A stretch of 14,606 nt of DNA. It comes from a virus. Taxonomy: Duplodnaviria > Heunggongvirae > Uroviricota > Caudoviricetes. The DNA is taken from IMG/VR virus record IMGVR_UViG_2703718848_000009; one strand, given 5' to 3'. Shown piece after piece: positions 6,595 through 14,534 of the stretch. The first letter of the stretch is position 1. Each line of letters starts with the position of its first letter. The notes beneath the pieces were generated by a model. It saw only the letters and a list, made by a program, of their open reading frames with translations. It made no database searches and was not told the origin of the DNA. The position numbers and the translations under genes are program-made.

Positions 6595-8391
6595 NNNNNN
6601 NNNNNNNNNNNNNNCTGGTAACCATCCATCAGCATCTTTATCTAACAGAACATTTGTGATCGTTCGCCCTTTATCTGGACCTTTAGTACATTTAGCCCGC
6701 TTGTACTCCTTTCCGTACTCAGCCATTGCCCCTGGCATATCTGTACCAAAGCGTGTCAGTGATACCGGTTTTCCCAGACCATGCGCAGACATATAAGCCA
6801 AATAAGCATGATACAGATATCGCCTCGGGCTAAATGGCACTATTTCTGCATTACCTACTATCATTCCCTCACATTTAACCAACGACATCAGATAACCGCA
6901 GAAGTCCACCAGCGAATCACCTTCACGCTTTATCAACAGTGCTTCTTCTGATTTTTGCTGCTCATAAAGTAGTCTTTTCGCTTCGTCCTGGTCGGCAAAT
7001 CGTGTAAGCAAATGGCGAATCACTACTGCCAGTTCCCCTTCTATCTTTTTCGCCAGCATCGGATCGCGTTCGTTCTCTGGTACAACCTCAGAGAAATTAA
7101 ATATTACTCGTCGACGCGAGATCCCCCCACTACGGTCGCTGAATGACATGGCATAATTGTTTACTACCAGCACTACCGCAGGAACGCGCGTGGAATAGGG
7201 CGCTTTGTGTTTCGGATCGATAGCCACCTTGTCACCGCCTGTAATGGCCTTAATCCCAGCACCATCACCTGCGTAGCGGGTCATGTCAGGCATGATAATC
7301 AGAGAATATCCCACCACTAACGCTCGTTCCCTCGCGTCTTCCAGCGCCTTCATGCTCGCCGATACTGTATTGGCCTTACCCGCCAGCATGGTACAAATCT
7401 CCGCCATCACACTTTTACCGCTTCCGCCCGGCCCCGTTACCTCAAGGAATAACTGCCAGTCGTACCGGTTCGCCAGTACCATGAATAATGCCGCCAGTAC
7501 GCGATCCGCTTTACGAGCATTATCCGCCACCGAACGACGCAACCACTTCCAGAAATTCGGCGCATGTGTTGCCAGCGTTTCCCCCTCTTCTGGCGGGCTG
7601 AACGGTAATTCACTGGCATTTAACAACCAGTCATTTTTGTTGTGTTCCCGAAAATTTCCTGTCCTGATATCAAAAACACCGTTACTGAACCCAATAAGAT
7701 TTCTGTCCGCTCCCCCCATAACAGGTAGACTCAATTTCATTGTCTCTACGGCAAATTTAATGGCGTTTTGCGAATAACTAATTTCGGCATCAATAAAAAT
7801 CTTCGCCATAGACCGCTGGAGTTCCTTATCAGATACAGGCTCCCAAACAATTCCGTTGTAATGGTGAACTACATCAGAATCATCATTTATCGCCAGTGCT
7901 CCTCCATAATGTTCAAGTAACACTTCCCCTCTCTGGCTGGCTCCCATCTGATTTAATGCAGGCTTGGGTAGACCACTATTTTTTGTAGCTAATTTCATCA
8001 CTGAAACTTCCCCGTGCTCAGCCTGTTCGCGGATCCGTTGCAGGTAGTCGCGCCAGTTCTCCGGTTCCTGGTCGGTGATACCTTTGTATAATTTCGCCTC
8101 CTGTACGCCAGCCAGCGCCAGCTTTTCAGCGATAGTATTGATCTGGATTGGCTCTATCTCCCCCGCGATATAGACACGCGCAAAACGGCGTTTCTCGTCA
8201 ATAATGCGGATATTCGCCAGGTCTGCCAGTTGCTTTGGCCCCAGGTAAACAGGAGGCACGTTATCGCCGTGTTTTCGTCCTTCACTTTCAATCCAGTGTT
8301 GAGCATGGGCGTAAGCATCCGTCCCGGCAAAAATGATTACCTCAGTGAATTTATCCTTCGGCTGATATTTTAGACTCGGTGCGTTTTTCAC
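6574..8391 (-). CDS. Phage/plasmid primase, P4-family (alpha-like) with SF3-helicase-type P-loop NTPase domain
   Basis: 605-codon ORF. Walker A motif VTGPGGSGKS and a downstream Walker B-like hydrophobic-acidic stretch (LIIMPDM). The C-terminus is interrupted by the N-run at 6595-6614 (X residues in the translation), so the 3' end is uncertain. Confidence 0.85.
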   Translation of the reverse strand: MKNAPSLKYQPKDKFTEVIIFAGTDAYAHAQHWIESEGRKHGDNVPPVYLGPKQLADLANIRIIDEKRRFARVYIAGEIEPIQINTIAEKLALAGVQEAKLYKGITDQEPENWRDYLQRIREQAEHGEVSVMKLATKNSGLPKPALNQMGASQRGEVLLEHYGGALAINDDSDVVHHYNGIVWEPVSDKELQRSMAKIFIDAEISYSQNAIKFAVETMKLSLPVMGGADRNLIGFSNGVFDIRTGNFREHNKNDWLLNASELPFSPPEEGETLATHAPNFWKWLRRSVADNARKADRVLAALFMVLANRYDWQLFLEVTGPGGSGKSVMAEICTMLAGKANTVSASMKALEDARERALVVGYSLIIMPDMTRYAGDGAGIKAITGGDKVAIDPKHKAPYSTRVPAVVLVVNNYAMSFSDRSGGISRRRVIFNFSEVVPENERDPMLAKKIEGELAVVIRHLLTRFADQDEAKRLLYEQQKSEEALLIKREGDSLVDFCGYLMSLVKCEGMIVGNAEIVPFSPRRYLYHAYLAYMSAHGLGKPVSLTRFGTDMPGAMAEYGKEYKRAKCTKGPDKGRTITNVLLDKDADGWLPXXXXXXXLVDRYT

Positions 8392-8678
8392 TTCTTACCT
8401 CCCGCAACCAACATTGCCCGGATTTTTTTAATATTCGTGGCTGCACGTCTCGCCACTGCCTGTTGTTTGTTTTCCACCAGAATAAAATCACGATCAAACT
8501 GACGGCGCGGCATTACGCAGTCATATTCGTAAGCCTCACGGCGGTAGGTGATATTGCCTGGCGTAACGTGACGAATAACCACCCGTCCCCCGCGTCTGGT
8601 GTCCCGGAAAATATCACCGGGGCGGATTTCAGGCCGAGAGAGGCCGCTGGCAGTAAAGCCAGAATTTTTCTTTTTCAT
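8388..8678 (-). CDS. Hypothetical basic protein (96 aa), immediately upstream of and overlapping the primase start
   Basis: ATGA overlap with the primase start at 8388-8391. Part of the tightly packed minus-strand operon. Confidence 0.55.
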   Translation of the reverse strand: MKKKNSGFTASGLSRPEIRPGDIFRDTRRGGRVVIRHVTPGNITYRREAYEYDCVMPRRQFDRDFILVENKQQAVARRAATNIKKIRAMLVAGGKK

Positions 8679-8682
8679 GGTT

Positions 8683-8883
8683 TTATTTTCCTGTCAGCAG
8701 TTCCGGTTTTATTTCCGCACGAATACAAAGTTCAGAAAAAAATTCAGGAGAACCAACAATCTCATTACTTTTCAGTCGGCATTGTGATTTCACTTTCCCT
8801 TTATCCAGGTAAACCAGTACGCGTCCGGTGAAATCATCTGGCACATTAAGCACTACGGGTACATGCGCTTCATGATTATGCAT
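8683..8883 (-). CDS. Hypothetical protein (66 aa)
   Basis: ORF in the operon; 4-nt gap to the next gene and 8-nt overlap with the previous one. Confidence 0.45.
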   Translation of the reverse strand: MHNHEAHVPVVLNVPDDFTGRVLVYLDKGKVKSQCRLKSNEIVGSPEFFSELCIRAEIKPELLTGK

Positions 8884-9109
8884 GGCTTACATCCTCCGTG
8901 AATTTTCTTCTGTAACGCGTCTCTGCCACATATTCCGCATAGTCCGACGCAATACTAAGAATCATTTCACCCTCTGACTTGTAGCCACTGGTATTGATAA
9001 GAAAATATGCAGCTTTCATCATGTCAGCAACGCTCAACAATGCGCCCTCTGCATCTTCCGGTGCGCCATCAAATTCCCGTTTCAGGGAATTAAAACGATC
9101 ATCACGCAT
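8876..9109 (-). CDS. Hypothetical acidic protein (77 aa)
   Basis: 8-nt overlaps with both neighbours, consistent with translational coupling. Confidence 0.45.
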   Translation of the reverse strand: MRDDRFNSLKREFDGAPEDAEGALLSVADMMKAAYFLINTSGYKSEGEMILSIASDYAEYVAETRYRRKFTEDVSHA

Positions 9110-9467
9110 GTTTACCCCCCTGAATGACCTGATAACCGCAACTGGTCAGCAACTCGATAAATTCCGGCAGTGTGCCGAAACAGCAATCATCACGCAGCCG
9201 TTCGCGGGATACTTCAACGCCGTTTTCGTAGTGACTCACCATACGCCCGGTAAAATGCAGATCATCATCGTGATGGCTCGTTGACGGCTTAATCAGTCGC
9301 GCACGTTCCGCCAGTTCCAGCAATGCTTCAACGCTTCCGGCAATTGCACCATCCGGCAGGTGGTAATTACGCACTATGCGCCCGTTCTCCACATTGACCA
9401 GCAACTGCCCGGTAAATTTCTCGTCAAACTGAATGCTGTTAAGGTCAGAAATTGACAGGTTATGCAT
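9102..9467 (-). CDS. Hypothetical protein (121 aa)
   Basis: AGGAGGTG Shine-Dalgarno 5 nt upstream of the ATG at 9467. The ORF-track start at 9485 lies inside that RBS, so 9467 is preferred. ATGCATAA-type overlap with the upstream gene's stop. Confidence 0.55.
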   Translation of the reverse strand: MHNLSISDLNSIQFDEKFTGQLLVNVENGRIVRNYHLPDGAIAGSVEALLELAERARLIKPSTSHHDDDLHFTGRMVSHYENGVEVSRERLRDDCCFGTLPEFIELLTSCGYQVIQGGKHA

Positions 9468-9684
9468 GGTGCACCTCCTGCACATCAGCCATGATAATTT
9501 TTCCGGCCTTATCCAGTGCCTGATCGGCTTTTAGCTGCACAAATGCTAAATAATGGGAGATGCATTCTGATTCTCTGGCTGCGTGTTTATGCGCCACACC
9601 AGCGATAGCAGAAATCTCAATAAGTGAATCCATCAGCGTTTTGATAGCGTCTACCGCTGCATCAGGCCATGTTGCATTACACAT
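9460..9684 (-). CDS. Hypothetical protein (74 aa)
   Basis: ORF with 8-nt overlaps on both sides within the operon. Confidence 0.45.
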   Translation of the reverse strand: MCNATWPDAAVDAIKTLMDSLIEISAIAGVAHKHAARESECISHYLAFVQLKADQALDKAGKIIMADVQEVHHA

Positions 9685-9880
9685 GTTCCACCTCCTGGCG
9701 AATACGGGCGGCGAATACCATCACGCAGCCATCAGGAGATTGCTGGCGTGCTTCCTGTTCGCTGGTGGCCTCGATGTGAATTACGCGCGGTTGTGCCGTG
9801 CTCAGGGCGATAAAACGCCAGATGTATTTATTCAGGTTGTGCGAGTCCCGCCCTTGCGGGTGTGTGGTATGATTTCTCAT
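9677..9880 (-). CDS. Hypothetical protein (67 aa), probable first gene of the replication operon
   Basis: ATG at 9880 preceded by GAGGT Shine-Dalgarno (5-nt spacing). It is the in-frame C-terminal part of the 435-codon ORF, but has its own RBS and lies just downstream of the operator palindromes. Confidence 0.45.
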   Translation of the reverse strand: MRNHTTHPQGRDSHNLNKYIWRFIALSTAQPRVIHIEATSEQEARQQSPDGCVMVFAARIRQEVEHV

Positions 9881-10984
9881 AGCTACCTCGATACTCTTGC
9901 TATCGTTGGTGGTTAGACGCCCTGCATGTGTGCCACCACTGCGGGGCGTTGTCGTTTCTGCACCTTGCATCAACAAGGTGTTGAACACCAATTTAAGCCC
10001 AGGTGTTAAACACGTCAAGTGTTGAACACTTATTTTTTTTCCTGCATACTGCATTTGTTTTTTGTAAGGGGTACACAACATGGCGACAAAAGCAGTAAAC
10101 GCAAAATCACAAACAGTTGCGGCAAGGGTTCCGCATGAAGTTATGAACAATGTTGAGGCGGTAAAAATGCCTGGTGAAAGTACAGGGCAGTTTGTAACAG
10201 CAGCATTAAAGCGAGAAGTTGAATACCGCCAGCGCCGCAAGGCCAAAGAACAGGAGTAACCATCACCAGCGCCGTGGTGTGAGGAACTACGGTGCATCGT
10301 TTTACAGGGCTGCGCCATGACCAACAAAGAATCAACCAATACACCATCACCGGCACGGAAAAGACAGCGCAGAAAGATAGCGTACGAGCATGAGTCAAAC
10401 AGATTCGCGCCCTGTGCGTTTATCCTTGAGAAATTCCTTAAAGAGTACAGGCGCACAAAAATGGGGTCGCATACCTGGAAAACATCGCGGCATGGCAATG
10501 TTAAAGAGCAGGAATAGCCCACCAGCAAGCCAGCATATTCACCATAATGACCCTCAGTTAAACATAGAGTCATTGGTGCAAAGCTGACACATTGCCCACC
10601 AGCCGCAAATCTGGCATTGTTGGCGATGCGTTCAAGTATGTAGCTTTCCCACTGGCGGCCCTCTGCGGTCGCCTTTGTTTTATCCAGAACGAAATCAGAC
10701 ATCAGATTGATCAGCACCTGGCGACCTGACAAAATCGCATCAGTCGCGCCACCAGCAAAATTTTTTGCTTTCCGGACAGTGTGACCAACGACATTTTGCA
10801 GCAAAATATTCTGCATTTCTGGCGTGCTGTAGTAACGGTGATCAGCGCCTTCACTCTGTGCGACCACAACGCTATAATCTGCCTCGTAGACAGTAAGCAA
10901 TATGGCGCAGTAGGCTATTCGTTCACAAAGGCGCTCCGGCAACGGGGCGCTTTCTCTTTTTGTAACGGTCAGAGCGTTACACAT
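9677..10984 (-). CDS. Uninterrupted 435-codon ORF; only the N-terminal ~140 residues look protein-like. Probably a real ~140-aa hypothetical protein whose stop is missing or shifted, running on antisense to the RHH gene
   Basis: ATG at 10984 overlaps the stop of the antirepressor-like gene (translational coupling). Residues 1-~140 have ordinary composition; the remainder is Cys/Ser/Thr/Arg-rich and low-complexity and lies opposite the plus-strand RHH gene and operators. Confidence 0.35.
   Translation of the reverse strand: MCNALTVTKRESAPLPERLCERIAYCAILLTVYEADYSVVVAQSEGADHRYYSTPEMQNILLQNVVGHTVRKAKNFAGGATDAILSGRQVLINLMSDFVLDKTKATAEGRQWESYILERIANNARFAAGGQCVSFAPMTLCLTEGHYGEYAGLLVGYSCSLTLPCRDVFQVCDPIFVRLYSLRNFSRINAQGANLFDSCSYAIFLRCLFRAGDGVLVDSLLVMAQPCKTMHRSSSHHGAGDGYSCSLALRRWRYSTSRFNAAVTNCPVLSPGIFTASTLFITSCGTLAATVCDFAFTAFVAMLCTPYKKQMQYAGKKISVQHLTCLTPGLKLVFNTLLMQGAETTTPRSGGTHAGRLTTNDSKSIEVAMRNHTTHPQGRDSHNLNKYIWRFIALSTAQPRVIHIEATSEQEARQQSPDGCVMVFAARIRQEVEHV
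9961..10031. promoter_or_regulatory. Cluster of GTGTT-N-AACAC palindromic operators in a divergent promoter region
   Basis: Perfect palindromes GGTGTTGAACACC (9977-9989) and AGTGTTGAACACT (10018-10030), imperfect GGTGTTAAACAC (10002-10013), plus inverted repeat CACCTTG...CAAGGTG (9961-9980). Followed by a T8 tract and the RBS of the plus-strand ribbon-helix-helix gene. Confidence 0.5.
10080..10259 (+). CDS. Ribbon-helix-helix (CopG/Arc-like) transcriptional regulator, 59 aa; not in the supplied ORF track (below its length cut-off)
   Basis: ATG at 10080 with AAGGGG Shine-Dalgarno 7-8 nt upstream; TAA at 10257-10259. Translation MATKAVNAKSQTVAARVPHEVMNNVEAVKMPGESTGQFVTAALKREVEYRQRRKAKEQE shows the classic RHH pattern (beta-strand TVAARVP, helix, G-x-S loop, helix FVTAAL). 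Palindromic operators immediately upstream. Confidence 0.55.
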   Translation: MATKAVNAKSQTVAARVPHEVMNNVEAVKMPGESTGQFVTAALKREVEYRQRRKAKEQE

Positions 10985-11768
10985 GGCTGTTTTCCTCCAT
11001 GCGACGGGCTAACCAACGCTGCGAAAGACGAATTAATTCAGCCTTCCGCTGGTGGTAGTCCTGGCCTAACTCAATCAGCGTGATATTGCTCTGCTCAAGG
11101 TAAGAAAGGTGCTCAAGCTGCAACGTGCTCATGTGGTCGCGTGGTTCGCCTGTAATGCCGTTCGCCAGTGCCCACTGTTTTGCAGTCATGCCACCCAGCA
11201 CGATACGCGCCAGCATGTTCGCTTCCGTGGTGTAGTGGTGCTGGAGTGTGTTTTTACCCAGTTCAGCCCGGTACGCCTCCAGCGCGGCACACATTGGCTT
11301 AAAGTAGCTGGCAACTGTGATACGGGCTTTCAGTTCCCGGCGTAACGCTGCGGAACGAACAGGCGCAACCTTGTGTAGCTCCTCCTCGCATTTGATAAAG
11401 TACTGGCGAACGGCGCGGCCCTGTTCGGTACGTTCGACCATCGCCAGTTCTTTCGCCATGTTCACTGTGATGATGTACTCAAGAGCGGTTTGCTGGCGAG
11501 ATTTTGCGCTCACCGGATCGGGTCGGCTCAAATATTCAACAACCTCATAATCCACGCCTTCCGTGAACCCGTATTCTTCAATGNNCCACGAACGGAAAAC
11601 GCGCCCTACACCTAACGCCTTATGTAACGCTCTGGCGCTAACAATAGTGGTTTCACTCCCGCCAATAACGCCGGAAATAATCGGGATAATTTCGCCGAAA
11701 TTTTGCAGATTCTGGTTTTCAGGCCGAACGAAGCCCCGCCCCTGTACGGGCGTTTTTGGAAATTTCAT
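10977..11768 (-). CDS. Phage-associated protein, possibly antirepressor/Bro-N-like DNA-binding protein (function uncertain)
   Basis: 263-codon ORF directly downstream of alpA. Contains ALHKALGVGRVFRSW, reminiscent of phage antirepressor N-terminal domains. One residue is masked by NN at 11584-11585. Confidence 0.6.
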   Translation of the reverse strand: MKFPKTPVQGRGFVRPENQNLQNFGEIIPIISGVIGGSETTIVSARALHKALGVGRVFRSWXIEEYGFTEGVDYEVVEYLSRPDPVSAKSRQQTALEYIITVNMAKELAMVERTEQGRAVRQYFIKCEEELHKVAPVRSAALRRELKARITVASYFKPMCAALEAYRAELGKNTLQHHYTTEANMLARIVLGGMTAKQWALANGITGEPRDHMSTLQLEHLSYLEQSNITLIELGQDYHQRKAELIRLSQRWLARRMEENSHV

Positions 11769-11845
11769 AAAAACTCCTGCTATCGAATTAAGTTACTTTT
11801 ATTTGCTGGTGGATAGCTGGGGGCAATAGCCCCGTAGCCATTTAA

Positions 11846-12043
11846 TCAGGTAGCTGTTCCGCGTGATTCCGCAATACGCTGATTAATCCACTCGTCAATT
11901 TCACTCTCAACGAAAGCAATAGCTCGCGAGCCAATTTTAACTGATGCAGGAAATTTACCTTGCCCCATAAGGCGATAAATCCATGCCTTGCTATATCCAG
12001 TTCTACGCTGAACTTCTGTTAAACGAATAAGCGTATTTGACAT
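11846..12043 (-). CDS. alpA: AlpA-family phage transcriptional regulator (HTH)
   Basis: MSNTLIRLTEVQRRTGYSKAWIYRLMGQGKFPASVKIGSRAIAFVESEIDEWI matches the AlpA consensus (L.RL.EV...TG.S...IYRL...G.FP..VK.G.R...W.ESEI.EWI). GAGGT Shine-Dalgarno 7 nt upstream. Confidence 0.85.
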   Translation of the reverse strand: MSNTLIRLTEVQRRTGYSKAWIYRLMGQGKFPASVKIGSRAIAFVESEIDEWINQRIAESRGTAT

Positions 12044-12111
12044 ATATTTACCTCATAACGTCTACTCAATTTGACGAGGTAATCATGGCACAGAAATAAC
12101 GAATATTTTCA

Positions 12112-12222
12112 TACCCTCAGGCCTAATGGTTACCGGAAGGAAATCTACCCTAAGGGTGATGGTAAAATTGACGGGGAAGATAAAAAAATACCCTCAGGGT
12201 AACAGTAAATCACCCTCAGGGT
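12112..12222. promoter_or_regulatory. Four copies of the palindrome ACCCT-N-AGGGT upstream of alpA; putative operator array
   Basis: accctcagg at 12113; accctaagggt at 12147-12157; accctcagggt at 12190-12200 and 12212-12222. Located between the end of the 267-aa gene and the alpA start. Confidence 0.5.
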
Positions 12223-12237
12223 ATGCGGTATGGTGCG

Positions 12238-13041
12238 TTAATCCGGCTTTGCGTTCTTTTGGCTGTTGTCTCGGTTAATAGGGCAGGCAGTCCTCTCTAT
12301 GAGCGTTGCAAGTGCATTACTTGCCCCCCACTGCTTAAGTTCCCTGGTTATCGCTTCTTGATTTCCCCTGGTGGCAAAATCATTTTCTGGATCGTAATTG
12401 GCCCACTCTCTGTTTCTAATCTCAATAGCCTTAGCTAATGGGTCTTTATCCCAGTATTTATATAAGTGTATCGGGCGCTCTTGCTCTAACTGCTCTATCC
12501 TTGCCCTTAACTCTGCGTTTTCTTTTTCCAGCATTGCGATTTGGGATAATAAATCATCCTCTGTACGCAACTCTTTCTTTTCAATATCGCGTCCTTGTGC
12601 CTCGTCATTTTCAGAAGAGTTAGCGCCTTCCAGCTTCGTTAACGCGTCAAGGACATCGGGAAAAATTGAGAAAATTTCACCCCTTATAAATCCAATGTTC
12701 TCAAATTCGGGATCTTCCCAATAACCGGACACCAGAAAACCATTTTCATCCCTCTCACCAGGTAAACAACCACGTTTCCGAACCGCATTCAGATTTCTAT
12801 AAAGAACATCATTATCAAATTCATCCCGATACGGGTTACAAAAAGATTCCAACAGCTTAAATTCATTTACTGTGTACAGGCGGATATGTTCTCCGCTTAT
12901 TCTCCTGAGTATCCAAGTTATGACATCTGAAACATCATAATCATCACCAGCGACCTTAAGCACGACCTCAAGAAATTCACGTAAAGAAATAAAATCTTTT
13001 TTGTATTCGTTTAATTCGGCATGAATATCAATCATACGCAC
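12238..13041 (-). CDS. Hypothetical protein (267 aa) with a central coiled-coil segment; AT-richer accessory gene between int and alpA
   Basis: 267-codon ORF with GAGGTG Shine-Dalgarno upstream. Heptad-like stretch LLSQIAMLEKENAELRARIEQLEQER. Composition noticeably more AT-rich than int or alpA. Confidence 0.65.
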   Translation of the reverse strand: MRMIDIHAELNEYKKDFISLREFLEVVLKVAGDDYDVSDVITWILRRISGEHIRLYTVNEFKLLESFCNPYRDEFDNDVLYRNLNAVRKRGCLPGERDENGFLVSGYWEDPEFENIGFIRGEIFSIFPDVLDALTKLEGANSSENDEAQGRDIEKKELRTEDDLLSQIAMLEKENAELRARIEQLEQERPIHLYKYWDKDPLAKAIEIRNREWANYDPENDFATRGNQEAITRELKQWGASNALATLIERTACPINRDNSQKNAKPD

Positions 13042-13163
13042 ACCTCAGCGTCCTCTACTGTAGTGGCTGTACCAGTCCGTCGAGGTGTACGGATTTTCGG
13101 GAGCGACCCTAGACACAGCCTTTTCTTTCGTCGCTCAAAGTCTACTACTGTATACTCAACCAG

Positions 13164-14378
13164 TCACCCGCATTTTCCGAACTCACCATGCACCACATTT
13201 CCGCCATGCTCGAGCGAATCCATATAATCAGCGTACCACTGAAGCATTTCCCGCCGCCCATCCAGATATTGCGCATGGTTGTATGTGCCACGAATTGAGT
13301 TTTTATCGACGTGCGCAAGCTGTGTCTCTATCCACGCGGTGTTATAGCCCTGCTCATGCAAAATGGTGCTCATAGTGTGCCGGAAGCCATGACCAGTAAC
13401 CTTTCCGTTATAGCCGATGCGTTTAAATACTTGGTTTATGCTAGCCTCGCTCATTGTTTTCCTTGGATCATTACGGCCGGGAAACATAAGCGGATAATTG
13501 CCAGTTAGTTCTTTAATCTGCCCAATAAGCGAAAGAGCCTGCTCAGACAAAGGCACTACATGAGGGCGACGCATTTTCATCCGTGAAGCAGGTATCTCCC
13601 AGATAGCCTTGTTGAGATCGATTTCATCCCATAATGCACCGCGCAGTTCGCCAGTCCGCAAACCGGTGATAATCAGTAAACGAGCCGCCATAACAACCAA
13701 TGCACTTCCTGAGTAACTGGACAATGCCTTGAAAAAATCAGGTAATTCTTTGGCTGTGAGGAAAGGATAATGATTAGATTCATGACCTTGCATCGCGCTG
13801 GTGAGATCCGGTGCAGGGTTATACTCAGCACGTCCAGTGACAATTGCATAGCGGAAAACTTCCCCACATCGCTGCCTCACTTTTTTGGCTTTTTCGGTAG
13901 CACCGCGCCCCTCGATGCGCCGCAGCACATTCAGCAGTTCAAGTGGTTTGATTTCGGCGATTGGTTTTTTGCCAATGTAAGGGAACACATCTTTGTTGAA
14001 GGCTTCGAGGATGTCTGAAGCATAACCAGCAGACCATTTTTTTAATTTGCTGCTGTGCCACTCAAGGGCAATATCTTTGAAGGTGTTGTTTAACTGCGTT
14101 TCCCGGGCAATCTTTTCCTCTCGTTTCGCTTCCATCGGATCGATACCCCCAGCGATACCCCTTTTAGCTTCTTCACGTTTTGCACGAGCATCAGCCAAGG
14201 TAACTTCAGGATACACACCTAGTGCTAACAGCTTCTCTTTACCAGCTACACGATACTTGAAGCGCCAATATTTTCCTCCACTAGGTTTTACCAAGAGATA
14301 CAGACCACCACCATCAGCCAGCTTGTAAGCCTTCTCTTTTGGCTTGGCAGTGTCTATTTGACGGGCATTGAGTTTCAC
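13164..14378 (-). CDS. int: Tyrosine recombinase, P4-type integrase
   Basis: 404 aa. N-terminal MKLNARQIDTAKPKEKAYKLADGGGLYLLVKPSGGKYWRFKYR is the typical P4-integrase N-terminus. Catalytic-domain residues R..HxxR..Y are present (GLRTGELRGALW, GHGFRHT, RGTYNHAQY). GTG start with GGAGG Shine-Dalgarno. Adjacent to the tRNA-derived att core. Confidence 0.9.
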   Translation of the reverse strand: MKLNARQIDTAKPKEKAYKLADGGGLYLLVKPSGGKYWRFKYRVAGKEKLLALGVYPEVTLADARAKREEAKRGIAGGIDPMEAKREEKIARETQLNNTFKDIALEWHSSKLKKWSAGYASDILEAFNKDVFPYIGKKPIAEIKPLELLNVLRRIEGRGATEKAKKVRQRCGEVFRYAIVTGRAEYNPAPDLTSAMQGHESNHYPFLTAKELPDFFKALSSYSGSALVVMAARLLIITGLRTGELRGALWDEIDLNKAIWEIPASRMKMRRPHVVPLSEQALSLIGQIKELTGNYPLMFPGRNDPRKTMSEASINQVFKRIGYNGKVTGHGFRHTMSTILHEQGYNTAWIETQLAHVDKNSIRGTYNHAQYLDGRREMLQWYADYMDSLEHGGNVVHGEFGKCG

Positions 14379-14380
14379 TT

Positions 14381-14434
14381 GGGGGTACCTCCACTAAACC
14401 GAACAGCAAATACCCCCAAAAGTACCCCCAATTG
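14381..14434. promoter_or_regulatory. TACCCCC motif cluster between int and att (putative arm-type binding sites), counterpart of 153-177
   Basis: GGGGGTA (inverted) at 14381-14387; atacccccaaaagtaccccca at 14410-14430. Confidence 0.35.
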
Positions 14435-14451
14435 ACTGTAGATTTTGGAGT

Positions 14452-14527
14452 ACTTAAGTAGACGTCAAAAGACTAAAAGGGGCGCTAACATGCGGATTAT
14501 AAGAGGTTTTTAAATACTTGAGTAGAC
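14452..14527. repeat. ACTTGAGTAGAC 12-mer motif copies near att, also found upstream of the cargo operon
   Basis: ACTTAAGTAGAC at 14452-14463 and ACTTGAGTAGAC at 14516-14527. An identical 12-mer is at 2025-2036 and a partial copy (AAAACTTGAGTT) at 2075-2086. Confidence 0.4.
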
Positions 14528-14534
14528 TTGGGGA

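Noticed and set aside
6578-7777. ORFs 6578-6796 (+), 7283-7777 (+), 7437-7619 (-)
   Set aside because: Embedded in or antisense to the primase gene, which carries a clear Walker A motif.
8379-8831. Plus-strand ORFs 8379-8831, 8599-8787 and 8994-9284
   Set aside because: Antisense to the tightly coupled minus-strand small-gene operon; no RBS, low-complexity.
9560-9916. 118-aa plus-strand ORF
   Set aside because: Antisense to the 9460-9684 and 9677-9880 genes; Cys/Ala-rich.
10141-10587. ORFs 10141-10398 (-), 10317-10517 (+), 10390-10587 (+)
   Set aside because: No RBS and implausible compositions. They overlap the region where the upstream minus-strand gene should terminate and are more likely chance frames.
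10781-11829. Plus-strand ORFs 10781-11083, 11109-11345, 11317-11550, 11563-11829
   Set aside because: Antisense to the antirepressor-like gene and the start of the long minus-strand ORF.
12223-12724. Plus-strand ORFs 12223-12438, 12398-12724, 12438-12623
   Set aside because: Antisense to the 267-aa coiled-coil gene; Ser-rich low-complexity translations.
13021-14328. Plus-strand ORFs and the 64-aa minus ORF (13673-13867) within the integrase region
   Set aside because: Antisense to or out of frame within the integrase gene, which has unambiguous tyrosine-recombinase motifs.
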